64,000 nt of DNA from Rhodanobacter sp. (GCA_039926605.1 JBDSWR010000038.1:21186-85185), one strand, 5' to 3'. Shown: positions 1 through 10,016, counted from the stretch's first letter. Notes: generated by a model from the letters alone, not told the origin. Numbers and translations are program-made.

Positions 1-424
1 CCAGTGCGACGTACGCGCCGGTGATCGCGGCGGTGCGCGTGCCGCCGTCAGCCTGCAGCACGTCACAGTCCAGGGTGATAACCCGTTCGCCCAAAGCCTG
101 GCGGTTGACGCACGCGCGCAGACTGCGTCCGATCAAGCGCTGGATTTCCATGGTGCGTCCACCCTGACCGCCGCGCGCCGCTTCACGCTGCATGCGGGTG
201 TTCGTCGAGCGCGGCAGCATGCCGTATTCGGCGGTGATCCAGCCTTCACCCTTGCCGCGCAACCACGCCGGGGTACGCTCCTCGATGCTGGCGGTACACA
301 GCACGCGCGTGTCACCGAAACTTGCCAGCACCGAACCTTCGGCGTGGCGGGTGTAATGGCGTTCAAGGGTTACCGCGCGCAGCTGATCGCTGGCACGGCC
401 ACTGGGGCGGGCGATGGAATTCAT
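1..424 (-). CDS. rph: Ribonuclease PH, N-terminal 141 codons; the 3' end runs off the window edge
   Basis: Not in the ORF track because it has no stop in the window. My translation of the minus strand from ATG at 424-422 gives [49 protein letters not shown]...[15 protein letters not shown], the classic RNase PH N-terminus. Confidence 0.9.
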   Translation of the reverse strand, partial: MNSIARPSGRASDQLRAVTLERHYTRHAEGSVLASFGDTRVLCTASIEERTPAWLRGKGEGWITAEYGMLPRSTNTRMQREAARGGQGGRTMEIQRLIGRSLRACVNRQALGERVITLDCDVLQADGGTRTAAITGAYVAL

Positions 425-499
425 GGAATGGCCGGATTCGGCAGGACGAAGGCGGAGAGTTTACCATTGCGGTCTTTGCAACTGTCCGGACGCCGCACG

Positions 500-1357
500 A
501 TGATCTTCAGCATGACCGCTTACGCAAGCGCCGAGGCAACGGGCCCGGCGGGCACACTCGTGTGCGAACTGCGCTCGGTCAATCATCGCTACCTGGAGAT
601 CAGTCCGCGCCTGCCCGAGGAGTTGCGCGGCTTCGAAGCATTGTTGCGTGAGCGCATCGAGGCCGTGTTGTCGCGTGGGAAAGTCGACGTGACAGTACGC
701 CGCGTTGGGGCCCGGAGCGACGCGTTGCAGGTGGATGACGTGTTGCTGACGCGCCTGGCTGAGCTCAACGTGGGTCTTGCTGGGCGTTTTCCGGCGTTGC
801 GGGTGGAACTCACTGAACTGCTGCGCTTCCCCGGGGTGTTGCAGCAAGCGGAGGTGGACCCGCAGGTACAAAAGGCCGTCTTGCGCGATGTTCTGGATCG
901 CGCGCTGGTTGCGCTGGCGGAAATGCGCTCGCGTGAGGGCGAGAAGCTGGCCGACGTCCTGCGCGACAAACTGGACAGCATCGAGCACGTGGTGGCCAAC
1001 GTGCGCGATTGGGTGCCGCAGATTCGCGCCGCGCTGCGCGCCAAGCTGGAAGCCAGGCTGGCGGACCTGAAACAAGGCGCGGACGCGGATCGACTGGAAC
1101 AGGAGTTGTTGCTGCAGGTCACCCGCGCCGACGTGGAAGAGGAACTCGACCGGCTCACGGCACACATCGGCGAAACACGCCGCGTGTTGTCGCTGCAGGA
1201 GCCAGTCGGGCGCCGCCTGGACTTCCTGATGCAGGAGTTCAATCGTGAGGCGAACACGTTGGGTTCCAAGTCGGTCGACGCCCGCAGCACGAACGCCGCG
1301 ATCGAGCTGAAAGTTCTGGTCGAGCAGATGCGCGAACAGGTGCAGAACATCGAGTGA
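500..1357 (+). CDS. yicC: YicC-family stress-induced protein
   Basis: Lies within ORF 344..1357. The internal ATG at 500 gives MIFSMTAYASAE..., matching the typical YicC start (MIxSMTAF). It is divergent from rph, as in many proteobacteria. Confidence 0.85.
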   Translation: MIFSMTAYASAEATGPAGTLVCELRSVNHRYLEISPRLPEELRGFEALLRERIEAVLSRGKVDVTVRRVGARSDALQVDDVLLTRLAELNVGLAGRFPALRVELTELLRFPGVLQQAEVDPQVQKAVLRDVLDRALVALAEMRSREGEKLADVLRDKLDSIEHVVANVRDWVPQIRAALRAKLEARLADLKQGADADRLEQELLLQVTRADVEEELDRLTAHIGETRRVLSLQEPVGRRLDFLMQEFNREANTLGSKSVDARSTNAAIELKVLVEQMREQVQNIE

Positions 1358-2004
1358 GTACGGTTATGCCAACCGCTGCACCGCCTGCAGGCACGCTGTT
1401 CGTGGTGGCCGCGCCGTCGGGCGCCGGCAAGTCCAGTCTGGTCGCGGCGCTGCTCCAGCGTGAGCCTGGAATCGCGCTATCGGTGTCACACACCACCCGG
1501 CCGCCGCGAGCGCACGAGGTGCATGGCCAGCATTACTACTTTGTGCAACGCGAAGAGTTTGAGCGTGGCATCGCCGCCGGAATTTTTCTCGAGCAGGCAG
1601 AGGTACACGGCAATTTGTACGGCACCTCGCGCGCAAACGTGCAGGCATTGCTGGCGCAAGGTCGCGACGTGCTACTGGAGATCGACTGGCAGGGTGCCGA
1701 GCAGATTCGGCGCAGTGAAGGCGCTTGCGTCAGCGTGTTCATCCTGCCGCCGTCGCGCGCTGAACTCGAGCGCCGGCTGCGTGGCCGCGCCTCGGACAGC
1801 GAAGAGGTCATCGAGCGGCGCCTGCACAACTCGCGCGGCGAGATTGCCCATGCCTGCGAGTTTGACTACATCCTGGTCAATGACGTGTTCGCCAGTGCGC
1901 TGGACGACTTGCAGGCCATCGTGCGCGCGGTGCGGCAACGGAGCTCCGTGCAGTGGCGGCGGCACGAAGCGTTGATCGCCGAATTGCTGGCCGCTGACGA
2001 GTGA
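1354..2004 (+). CDS. gmk: Guanylate kinase
   Basis: P-loop AAPSGAGKSSL followed by a GMP-kinase body. GTG at 1354 overlaps the yicC stop (GTGA); ATG at 1366 is an alternative start. Confidence 0.95.
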   Translation: MSTVMPTAAPPAGTLFVVAAPSGAGKSSLVAALLQREPGIALSVSHTTRPPRAHEVHGQHYYFVQREEFERGIAAGIFLEQAEVHGNLYGTSRANVQALLAQGRDVLLEIDWQGAEQIRRSEGACVSVFILPPSRAELERRLRGRASDSEEVIERRLHNSRGEIAHACEFDYILVNDVFASALDDLQAIVRAVRQRSSVQWRRHEALIAELLAADE

Positions 2005-2089
2005 GCACCTGCGCCCATGGACTGCGCATGCGTGGCCTTGCCCGCGCGCTTGGGTTACCTTGCACACATCCTGTTTTCAGCCCGAGCGC

Positions 2090-2926
2090 ATGACTGAGTC
2101 TGTTTCCACGGCACCAGACGACAATAACCTGATACGCATTCGCGGGCTCACCACGGTGCTCGGCGGGCGAGCCGTGTTTGATGGTCTGGACATGGATATC
2201 CCGCGCGGTCGCATCACCGCGATCATGGGTGCCAGCGGCACCGGCAAGACGACGCTGCTCAAGCACATCACCGGTCAGATGCGGGCCGATGCCGGAAAGA
2301 TTTTGCTTGATGGTGACGACGTTGCCCGGCTACCGCGCGAGCAGTTGTACAAGCTGCGCGAGGGCATTGGTTACCTGTTTCAGAATTCGGCGTTGTTGAC
2401 CGATTACGACGTGTTCGAAAACGTGGCCTTCCCGCTGCGCCGACACACGCGTTTGCCCGAGGTGCTGATCCGCAATGTCGTGCTGATGAAGTTGCAGGCG
2501 GTAGGGCTGCGCGGTGCCGCGCGCCTGATGCCCAGTGAGCTGTCCGGCGGCATGGCGCGGCGCGTCGCGCTGGCGCGTGCAATCGTGTTCGACCCGATGT
2601 TGATTCTTTACGATGAACCGTTCGTCGGCCTGGATCCGGTGGCGTTGAACCAGATCCTGTTGCTGATTCGCACGCTCAATCGCACGTTGGGCATTACCAG
2701 CGTACTCGTGGCACACGAGTTGTCGGCGGTGCGCGAGATTGCCGATCACGTGCAGTTGCTGGCCAACGGCAAGGTGGTGGCGCAGGGCGATCCGAAAACG
2801 ATTGCCGACGATGGCTCACCCTGGACGCGGCAATTCTTCGGTGGCGAAGCGGACGGTCCTGTTCCATTCCAGTATCCGGCGACAAGCTTTGCCACCGAGC
2901 TCGGTTTTGCCGGAGCCAAGGCATGA
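2090..2926 (+). CDS. mlaF: Phospholipid ABC transporter ATP-binding protein MlaF
   Basis: Walker A GASGTGKTT, signature LSGGMARR and Walker B LILYDEP. It is the first gene of an mlaFEDCB order. ATG at 2090 is preferred over the TTG at 2060. Confidence 0.9.
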   Translation: MTESVSTAPDDNNLIRIRGLTTVLGGRAVFDGLDMDIPRGRITAIMGASGTGKTTLLKHITGQMRADAGKILLDGDDVARLPREQLYKLREGIGYLFQNSALLTDYDVFENVAFPLRRHTRLPEVLIRNVVLMKLQAVGLRGAARLMPSELSGGMARRVALARAIVFDPMLILYDEPFVGLDPVALNQILLLIRTLNRTLGITSVLVAHELSAVREIADHVQLLANGKVVAQGDPKTIADDGSPWTRQFFGGEADGPVPFQYPATSFATELGFAGAKA

Positions 2927-3699
2927 GCGCGCGGCGGCCCGGCAACGCCAACGCGGTGGTGCAGGCGCTGGCGCAGATCGGCGCGTGCGGTTTGTTCTTG
3001 TTGACCTTGCTGGCCGCGGTGCCACGCAGTCTGCAGTATTTTCGCGAAACGTCGCGCCAGTTGTGGTTTGTGGGCGCGATGAGCCTGACCATCATCATGG
3101 TCTGCGGCTTGTTTGTCGGCATGGTGTTGATGCTGCAGCTCTATCACGTGCTGTCGATTTTCGGCGGCACGTCAGCCAGCGGCATGGTGGTGGCGTTGGC
3201 GGTGTTTCGCGAGCTGGGACCGGTGGTCACGGCGCTGCTGTTTGCCGGCCGTGCGGGCACGTCGATCACGGCCGAGATCGGTTTGATGCGCGCCACCGAC
3301 CAGATCGCCGCGATGGAAATGATGGCGGTTGATCCGATTGCCTACGTCGCCACACCGCGCTTTCTGGCCGGGGTGGTGGCGATGCCGCTGCTGTGTTGCG
3401 TGTTCTGCGCCATGGCGATATTTGGCGGGCACCTGGTGGGTGTTACCTGGCTCGGTATCGACAACGGCACGTTCTGGTCGAACATGACCGCCCAGGTGGA
3501 TCTGCGCACGGACATCATCAATGGCGTGCTGTTGAAGAGCCTGGCGTTCGGTGCCGTGGTGACGTTGATTGCGGTGTATCAAGGCTTTGCCACCGCCGCG
3601 ACCAGCGAGGGCGTGGCGCGTGCGACGACGCGTACTGTGGTCGCCTCGTCCATCGCCATCCTGGCGCTGGATTTCGTGCTTACCGCGTTCTTGATGTGA
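2923..3699 (+). CDS. mlaE: Phospholipid ABC transporter permease MlaE
   Basis: Polytopic membrane protein with MlaE-like motifs (FRELGPVVTALLFAGRAG). Its ATGA start overlaps the mlaF stop. Confidence 0.9.
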   Translation: MSARRPGNANAVVQALAQIGACGLFLLTLLAAVPRSLQYFRETSRQLWFVGAMSLTIIMVCGLFVGMVLMLQLYHVLSIFGGTSASGMVVALAVFRELGPVVTALLFAGRAGTSITAEIGLMRATDQIAAMEMMAVDPIAYVATPRFLAGVVAMPLLCCVFCAMAIFGGHLVGVTWLGIDNGTFWSNMTAQVDLRTDIINGVLLKSLAFGAVVTLIAVYQGFATAATSEGVARATTRTVVASSIAILALDFVLTAFLM

Positions 3700-3774
3700 C
3701 TGCGTCCTTATGCGCGTCGCGCCCAGTGTCATGACTGCTTTTCTGAACCAATCGCCTATCTTGAGGATCGTGCC

Positions 3775-4650
3775 GTGAGCCAACCCCGCAGTTCCTACGC
3801 CATTGGCACCGGCCTGTTCATCGTGCTTGGTTTTGCCGCGCTGGCGTACCTGGCGACACAGACCACGTCGGTGGCCAATGTGCATCAGGGCGCCAGTTAT
3901 ACGGTTGACGCGAAGTTCGCCAATATCGGCCAGCTCAAGGAGCGCGCGCCGGTGAAAATTGCGGGTGTGCGCGTCGGCCAGGTGCAGTCCATCACGCTGC
4001 TGCCGGGACAGGAGGTGGCCGACGTGAAGCTTTCCATCGACCGGCAATACGACAAGATTCCGCAGGATTCCGTGGCCACCATCTTCACCAGCGGATTGCT
4101 CGGTGACCAGTATGTCGGTATTGAGTACGGCACTGCCAAGCAGACAGTCGCCGCGGGGGGCACGTTGGGGTTTACCAAACCGGCACAGCAGTTGGAAGAG
4201 ATGCTCGGCAAGTTCTTCGGCGCTGGTGGCGTTCCCGACAATCTCGGTGGCACCTACACGGTCACCGCGCGTTTCACCAACGTCGGTTCACTTTCTGCCG
4301 GTGCCCCGGTGAAGATGGCCGGTGTGCCCATTGGCATGGTGCAGGCGGTGAATGCCGATCCGCTCAAACTTGACGCGGATGTCACGCTGGCGATCGACAA
4401 GCGCTACAACCAGATACCGGACGATTCCGCCGCTGCCGTGTTCACCAGCGGTTTGATCGGCACCCAGTATGTTGCGATTCAACCGGGCGGCTCGCCGGAT
4501 GCGCTCAAGCAGGGTGACGAGATGATTCTCACCCAGTCTGCGATGCAACTGGAGGATTTGATTGGCAAGTTCCTGGTTAGTGGTTCACCGGCAGACAAGC
4601 AGGCTGCCGGGAGTGTTCCAGCGCCCGCTTCATCCGCCGGCAAGCATTGA
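3775..4650 (+). CDS. mlaD: MlaD-like MCE protein with two tandem MCE domains
   Basis: N-terminal TM helix, then two MCE-like modules (aa 41-147 and 160-267) that align to each other. GTG start is 8 nt after GAGGA. Its position in the mla operon matches mlaD. Confidence 0.85.
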   Translation: MSQPRSSYAIGTGLFIVLGFAALAYLATQTTSVANVHQGASYTVDAKFANIGQLKERAPVKIAGVRVGQVQSITLLPGQEVADVKLSIDRQYDKIPQDSVATIFTSGLLGDQYVGIEYGTAKQTVAAGGTLGFTKPAQQLEEMLGKFFGAGGVPDNLGGTYTVTARFTNVGSLSAGAPVKMAGVPIGMVQAVNADPLKLDADVTLAIDKRYNQIPDDSAAAVFTSGLIGTQYVAIQPGGSPDALKQGDEMILTQSAMQLEDLIGKFLVSGSPADKQAAGSVPAPASSAGKH

Positions 4651-4679
4651 GCCGGCACCATCAGCTTCGAGGAGCGTCC

Positions 4680-5357
4680 ATGTTTCGCCAATTCGTTCTA
4701 GCCACCACAGTTGCATTTGCCGCGTTCCTGAGCAGCCCAGTGCTGGCGCAGAGTGCACCTCCGCCTGGCGCCACGACGGCCCCGCAAACTCCGGTCGAGG
4801 TTGTGCAGGTCATCGTCGACCAACTTGGCAACGCCATCGACGGTCATCGCGAGGAGTTGAAGCAGGATCAGGAAAAGCTCATCAAGGTCATTGATGGCGT
4901 GTTCCTGCCCCATTTTGATATCGACTACGCGTCGATCCTGGTACTTGGCCAGCATGCGCGGGATACCCCACCGGCTGAGCGCGAACGCTTTGCCAAGGCG
5001 TTTTACAATTCGATCACGCATCGCTATGCGGAAGGCCTGCTCAATTACACCCGAGGCAGCGTGAAGGTGTTGCCATTCAAGGGTGATCTCAACGACAAGC
5101 GCACCGTCGTGCGTACGCGAGTGGTTCTGGATGACGGCAAGCTGGTATCGGTTGACTACGCATTTCGCAAAAGTCGCAACGGTGACTGGAAGGCCTACGA
5201 TGTCATCATCGAAGGCATCTCCTACATCAGCAATTATCGCAACCAGGTGGATGCAGAGATTCGCAAAGTGGGTATCGACAAGTTGATCAGCAACCTCGAG
5301 ACGCAAGGCGCGAAGGCGCTTACGGTCATGGACGCGGACGGCCAGCCGAGCAAGTGA
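4680..5357 (+). CDS. mlaC: Periplasmic phospholipid-binding protein MlaC (Ttg2D family)
   Basis: Signal peptide MFRQFVLATTVAFAAFLSSPVLAQ and a Tol-tolerance/MlaC-like body (FDIDYASILVLGQH...). ATG at 4680 is preceded by GAGGAG. Confidence 0.85.
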   Translation: MFRQFVLATTVAFAAFLSSPVLAQSAPPPGATTAPQTPVEVVQVIVDQLGNAIDGHREELKQDQEKLIKVIDGVFLPHFDIDYASILVLGQHARDTPPAERERFAKAFYNSITHRYAEGLLNYTRGSVKVLPFKGDLNDKRTVVRTRVVLDDGKLVSVDYAFRKSRNGDWKAYDVIIEGISYISNYRNQVDAEIRKVGIDKLISNLETQGAKALTVMDADGQPSK

Positions 5358-5668
5358 ATACGCGCTCCACACCAGCGACTTTTCAGCTTGCGCAAGACAC
5401 GCCCGACACTTTGACGCTGCGCGGCGTGTTGAGTTTCGCCACCGCAGCCCAAGCGTTGCAGGCGCTGCAGGCCGCATTGGCGAAGGCAGCGGTAACGGTG
5501 CTTGACCTGTCCGGCGTCACGCATGGCGACAGTGCCGGGTTATCCTCCCTGTTGGCGGTGATGGCTGAGGCGTCGGCGCGTGGGCGTCCGGTCACGCTGG
5601 TGCACTTGCCCGAGGGCATGCAGACGCTGGCCGGGGTGTGCGGAGTGGATCGCATGTTGGCCGAGTGA
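5354..5668 (+). CDS. mlaB: STAS-domain protein MlaB
   Basis: A 104-aa STAS/anti-sigma-antagonist-like protein (LDLSGVTHGDSAGLSSLL). GTGA overlap with the mlaC stop. Last gene of the mla operon. Confidence 0.75.
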   Translation: MNTRSTPATFQLAQDTPDTLTLRGVLSFATAAQALQALQAALAKAAVTVLDLSGVTHGDSAGLSSLLAVMAEASARGRPVTLVHLPEGMQTLAGVCGVDRMLAE

Positions 5669-5699
5669 TCCGGTTCCTCGGCGTGATGCCACGCCCTGG

Positions 5700-5730
5700 A
5701 AAAAAAGGAGCCGTACGGCTCCTTTTTTTT
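5700..5730. terminator. Bidirectional intrinsic terminator between mlaB (+) and mlaA (-)
   Basis: AAAAAAA GGAGCCG ta CGGCTCC TTTTTTTT. A perfect 7-bp GC-rich stem flanked by an A-run and a T-run. Confidence 0.85.
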
Positions 5731-5745
5731 GCGCCCAGCGGACTC

Positions 5746-6576
5746 TCAATGCTGTGGTGGGCTCTGCGGAGCCTGCGTTTTCTCCCACGTGTGTTGTTGA
5801 TCCAGCAGTTCTTCCGGGTCAAAGCTCTTGTCGTCCAGCCCCTGCATCTCCTCGATGACGGAGGCCGGGGGATTGCCATCGTAAATCTGGTACAGACGTT
5901 GCTGGCGGTACGCGTCACGCATGAACACGTATGGGTCGTAAGCTGATTGCAGGAAACTTTCCGCGTCGATCCCGCGGGAACGCAGCGTGACAAGGTATAG
6001 CGCCTGGGGCGCGTACTGCAGGCCGCGCAAACGATGGTTGCTGGCGTAGATGCTCAACGGGTCAAAAAAGTAACTGTCCACCGGCAAGCGCCAGACGTCA
6101 CGCACCGTGTTCGGGCCGAACAATGGCAGTACCACATAGTCACCTTCAGGTACGCCCCAGCGCGCGAGCGTGATGCCGAAATCGTTGTCCTCCAGCGGCA
6201 AGCCCAACTGGCTGGCCGGATCAAAGAAACCGCCGATGCCGAGTGTGAGATTTATCAGGAACCGACCGGTGTTTTCCAGCGCGTGTCGTGGCCGCGCCTG
6301 TAACAGGTCATTGGCAACAGTCACCGGCATCCGGATGTTGGTGAAAAAATCGCTGAATGAGCGCCGTACAGGCGCGTTGGTCACCCTGCGGTAGCCCAAT
6401 GCGACTGGACGCACCACGGCCTTGTCCACACTGTCATTGAACTGGTACGCCACGCGGTTGTATTTCTCCAGCGGGTCATCCGTGCGTGGCTTGGCAATAG
6501 CGCAGCCCGCCAACAGCAATACTGCAGCTAGCGTTGACCAGTGACGCAGGGTCACGTGACGGGACGAAAAAGGCAT
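5746..6576 (-). CDS. mlaA: Outer-membrane lipoprotein MlaA/VacJ
   Basis: Lipobox LLLAGC, then PLEKYNRVAYQFNDSVDKAVVRPVALGY and LINLTLGIGGFFD, typical of VacJ/MlaA. The start is taken at MPFSSRH (6576). Confidence 0.9.
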   Translation of the reverse strand: MPFSSRHVTLRHWSTLAAVLLLAGCAIAKPRTDDPLEKYNRVAYQFNDSVDKAVVRPVALGYRRVTNAPVRRSFSDFFTNIRMPVTVANDLLQARPRHALENTGRFLINLTLGIGGFFDPASQLGLPLEDNDFGITLARWGVPEGDYVVLPLFGPNTVRDVWRLPVDSYFFDPLSIYASNHRLRGLQYAPQALYLVTLRSRGIDAESFLQSAYDPYVFMRDAYRQQRLYQIYDGNPPASVIEEMQGLDDKSFDPEELLDQQHTWEKTQAPQSPPQH

Positions 6577-6698
6577 GATGAGAGAGATTCGCGAAAATAA
6601 CGTCACAGGAGTGTACTGATTCACATGCTTCGATGCGCTGGGCCACCACCCGGTTCCGAGCTGCCTTGAAGCAGCCCATCATCATACGCGAGTGTGCA

Positions 6699-6727
6699 TT
6701 GCCAGCAAAGCACCTGCGCTCTACACT
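6699..6727 (+). promoter_or_regulatory. Candidate sigma70 promoter for rpoZ
   Basis: TTGCCA, a 17-nt spacer, then TACACT, about 40 nt upstream of the rpoZ ATG. Pattern match only. Confidence 0.4.
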
Positions 6728-6765
6728 GACTGACCATATAAGTCATTATTCTTTGAGGATTTCGC

Positions 6766-7056
6766 ATGGCCCGCATTACCGTGGAAGACTGCCTGGAGGT
6801 GGTCAACAACCGCTTCGAGCTGGTGCTGATGGCGACCAAGCGCGCGCGTCAGCTTGAGAAGGGTGCCGAACCGGCAGTCAACCCGGGGCATGACAAGCCG
6901 ACCGTGATCGCGCTGCGTGAGATTGCCGAGCGGCGAATTGATCAAACCATGATCGATCAAATCGACAAGGCGGAACGCGAGCGTGCCGAGCGCGAGGCGC
7001 TGGAATGGGCTGCGGCGGAGGTTGACGACGATCTGTCCAAGGGCGGTGACGACTGA
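6766..7056 (+). CDS. rpoZ: RNA polymerase omega subunit
   Basis: [30 protein letters not shown] is the canonical RpoZ N-terminus. Confidence 0.95.
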   Translation: MARITVEDCLEVVNNRFELVLMATKRARQLEKGAEPAVNPGHDKPTVIALREIAERRIDQTMIDQIDKAERERAEREALEWAAAEVDDDLSKGGDD

Positions 7057-7232
7057 TGGATAGTGGCGGCTGTCGCGAGCATGTCGGCTGCACCGGTCAC
7101 TGCGGTGCTGGTCACCTGTGTGCGACATCCGCCTGCTGCATGGCGATGGGCGGCCATGCCTTGATTGGTGCTGGTCGCTGCAATGGCCTGGGCTGGTGCA
7201 GCAAGGTGCAGGTTTGAGTAGGCACCGACAGC

Positions 7233-9398
7233 ATGCCCGCGGCCACTCATCCCGCTTCTGCTGACCTCTCCGTGCTACCGCCGTATGCCCTGGCGCTGAA
7301 GGAAAGCGTGGCGTACCTGCCGGTGGAGCAGATCGAGCTGGTGATGCACGCGTTTGGCGTTGGGGCAAGCGCGCACGCAGGCCAGGAGCGCAAGAGCGGC
7401 GAGCCATACATTACCCATCCGGTGGCTGTGGCGCGCGTTCTGGCCGAACTCGGCATGGACGTCGAAACCATCATCGCGGCACTCCTGCACGATACGCTGG
7501 AAGATACCGCGCTCACCCGCGAGGCACTTGCCAGCGAATTCGGTGAAGTGGTTGCCGAGCTCGTTGATGGAGTTACCAAGCTTGACAAAATGCGCTTCGG
7601 CACTCGCCAGGAAGCCGATGCGGAGAGCTTCCGCAAGATGTTGCTGGCGATGGCGCGCGATATTCGCGTCATCCTGATCAAACTGGCCGATCGCCTGCAC
7701 AACATGCGCACGCTGGGCGCCAAGGATCTGGTATCGCGCCGGCGTATCGCCCGCGAGACGCTGGAGATCTTCGGTCCGATTGCGCAGCGCCTGGGAATGA
7801 ACAAGTTCAAGGCCGAATTGCAGGATCTGGGGTTTCGCGCGTTATACCCGGATCGTTACCGCGTGATCAGCGAACGTATCCGCGCCGCACTCGGCAACCG
7901 GCGCGAAGCCATGACAAAAATCGAGACCGAGCTGGCCGAGCAACTCGACCTCAATCGCCTGCAGTGCCGTGTCGTGGGGCGTATCAAGTCGCCGTGGAGC
8001 ATTTATTCCAAAATGCGCTCCGAGCACAAGAGTTTCGCGCAGTTGATGGATGTATACGGTTTCCGCGTCGTCGTCGACAGCGCGGTGAACTGTTACGTCG
8101 CCCTTGGCGTGGTGCACGGCTTGTACAAGCCCGTGGATCGCCGCTTCAAGGATTTCATCGCCATTCCGAAAGCCAACGGCTACCAGTCCCTGCACACCGT
8201 TTTGCTGGGGCCGTTTGGTGCGCCGATCGAGGTGCAGATTCGCACGGCGGAAATGAATTCGGTTGCTGAAAGCGGCATCGCGGCGCATTGGGCGTACAAG
8301 ACTGACAGTGGCCCGGCCAACAGCGCACAAGCGCGGGCGCGTGAGTGGTTGTCTTCGCTGGTGGATAGCCAGGTCAACACCACCTCGTCGGCGGAGTTCA
8401 TCGAGAACGTCAAGATTGACCTGTTCCCGGATGAGGTCTACGTGTTTACTCCGCACGGCGACATTCTCTCCTTGCCGCGCAATGCCACGGTGCTGGATTT
8501 CGCCTACGCCGTGCATACCGACGTTGGAGACCACGCGGTCGCCGCGCGTGTGGACAAAAAGCTGCTGCCGCTGCGTGCGCACCTTGAGTCCGGACAACTG
8601 GTGGAGATCATCACTGCGCCGTCGGCCACACCCAATCCGGCGTGGCTGGAAGCGGTGGTAACCGGCAAGGCGCGCACGGCGATCCGGCAGCATCTGAAGC
8701 ACCTGCAACATGAGGATGCGGTGGATTTTGGCCATCGCATGCTGGACCGGGCACTGGATGCACGCGGTTACAGCCTCGATGGCATTTCGCCAGCGGTGCT
8801 GGATCGGTTTCTGGCGAGTGTCAAGCTTCGCCGCCTGGAAGAACTGCTCTCCGATATTGCGCTGGGCAATCGCATGCCGGATCGGGTGGCCGCGCAACTG
8901 CTGCGTTCGCGTGGCAAGCAGGTCGGCGACGCTCCACAGGCGCCGCACGCGGATGAAAACATCCGCATCACCGGTGCCGAACGCGGCGTGCTGAGTTTCG
9001 CCAACTGCTGCCACCCGTTGCCGGGCGACACCATCGTTGGCTATCTCTCCCCGGGCAAGGGCGTGGTGGTGCATAGGCAGGAATGCCCGAACGTGATCGA
9101 GTTGCACAAGGCGTCGGAACGCCGCGTCGGCATCGAATGGGCGCGCGACGTGCAGGGTGATTATCGTGCCGAGTTGCGCATCGAGGTGGCCAATCACCCC
9201 GGGGTGCTGGCCACGGTGGCCGCAGCGATTGCAGCAGCCGACTCCAACATCGAGAACGTCGAGTATGTGGAGCGTGATGCTGCCGCGGCCACGCTGTTGT
9301 TTGCGATGGAAGTGAAGAACCGCAAACACCTGGCCGATGTGATCCGTCGTGTGCGACGTACGGGTGTGGTCAGTGGGGCGTATCGCTATCCGTTGTGA
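7233..9398 (+). CDS. spoT: Bifunctional (p)ppGpp synthetase/hydrolase
   Basis: HD hydrolase motif (YITHPVAVA...HDTLEDT), RelA/SpoT synthetase core, and TGS and ACT regions. rpoZ-spoT order. Confidence 0.95.
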   Translation: MPAATHPASADLSVLPPYALALKESVAYLPVEQIELVMHAFGVGASAHAGQERKSGEPYITHPVAVARVLAELGMDVETIIAALLHDTLEDTALTREALASEFGEVVAELVDGVTKLDKMRFGTRQEADAESFRKMLLAMARDIRVILIKLADRLHNMRTLGAKDLVSRRRIARETLEIFGPIAQRLGMNKFKAELQDLGFRALYPDRYRVISERIRAALGNRREAMTKIETELAEQLDLNRLQCRVVGRIKSPWSIYSKMRSEHKSFAQLMDVYGFRVVVDSAVNCYVALGVVHGLYKPVDRRFKDFIAIPKANGYQSLHTVLLGPFGAPIEVQIRTAEMNSVAESGIAAHWAYKTDSGPANSAQARAREWLSSLVDSQVNTTSSAEFIENVKIDLFPDEVYVFTPHGDILSLPRNATVLDFAYAVHTDVGDHAVAARVDKKLLPLRAHLESGQLVEIITAPSATPNPAWLEAVVTGKARTAIRQHLKHLQHEDAVDFGHRMLDRALDARGYSLDGISPAVLDRFLASVKLRRLEELLSDIALGNRMPDRVAAQLLRSRGKQVGDAPQAPHADENIRITGAERGVLSFANCCHPLPGDTIVGYLSPGKGVVVHRQECPNVIELHKASERRVGIEWARDVQGDYRAELRIEVANHPGVLATVAAAIAAADSNIENVEYVERDAAAATLLFAMEVKNRKHLADVIRRVRRTGVVSGAYRYPL

Positions 9399-9551
9399 CC
9401 GGAGCGCGGCAAACGAGCCCTGCGGTAGCGGGTAAATGAGCTGGCGGAGCTCCGGTGGCGCGCTGGCTGTGGTCGACGTCGGGTTATCATGGGTGATTGG
9501 CGCGGCGGATGCAGTCGCCGCCTCCTGGCTCCCTCCCCACAAGGAAATTCC

Positions 9552-9935
9552 ATGTCCCTCGACATTATTGCCTCGCCTGCTGCTCCGGCGGCGATCGGTC
9601 CGTACTCTCAAGCCGTGCGGGCCGGAAACACCGTGTATTTTTCCGGCCAGACGCCACTTGACCCGGCTACCGGCGTTCTCGTTGCCGGGGACATCGCGGT
9701 GCAGACGCGGCGTGTTTTCGACAATCTTGCCTTGGTGGCCAAAGCTGCAGGCGGGTCGCTGGCGCAAGTGGTGCGCGTAGGCATCTACGTTACCGATTTG
9801 GCGAACTTTGCGGCAGTCAACGCGGTGATGGCCGAGTACTTCCAGCAGCCGTATCCCGCGCGATCCACGATTCAGGTAGCCGCCTTGCCGCTGGCGGCAC
9901 AGGTTGAAATCGATGTGGTGATGGTGCTGGACTGA
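9552..9935 (+). CDS. ridA: RidA/YjgF-family reactive intermediate deaminase
   Basis: MSLDIIASPAAPAAIGPYSQAVRAGNTVYFSGQ... ends in RSTIQVAALPLAAQVEIDVV. ATG at 9552 follows AAGGA. Confidence 0.9.
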   Translation: MSLDIIASPAAPAAIGPYSQAVRAGNTVYFSGQTPLDPATGVLVAGDIAVQTRRVFDNLALVAKAAGGSLAQVVRVGIYVTDLANFAAVNAVMAEYFQQPYPARSTIQVAALPLAAQVEIDVVMVLD

Positions 9936-10016
9936 ACCTGGTGACTGGCGTGCGCTGACAGCCTTCGTCGGCATCACGCCTACGGTAACGCGACGGTCTC
10001 GGTTACGCTTGCAGCG

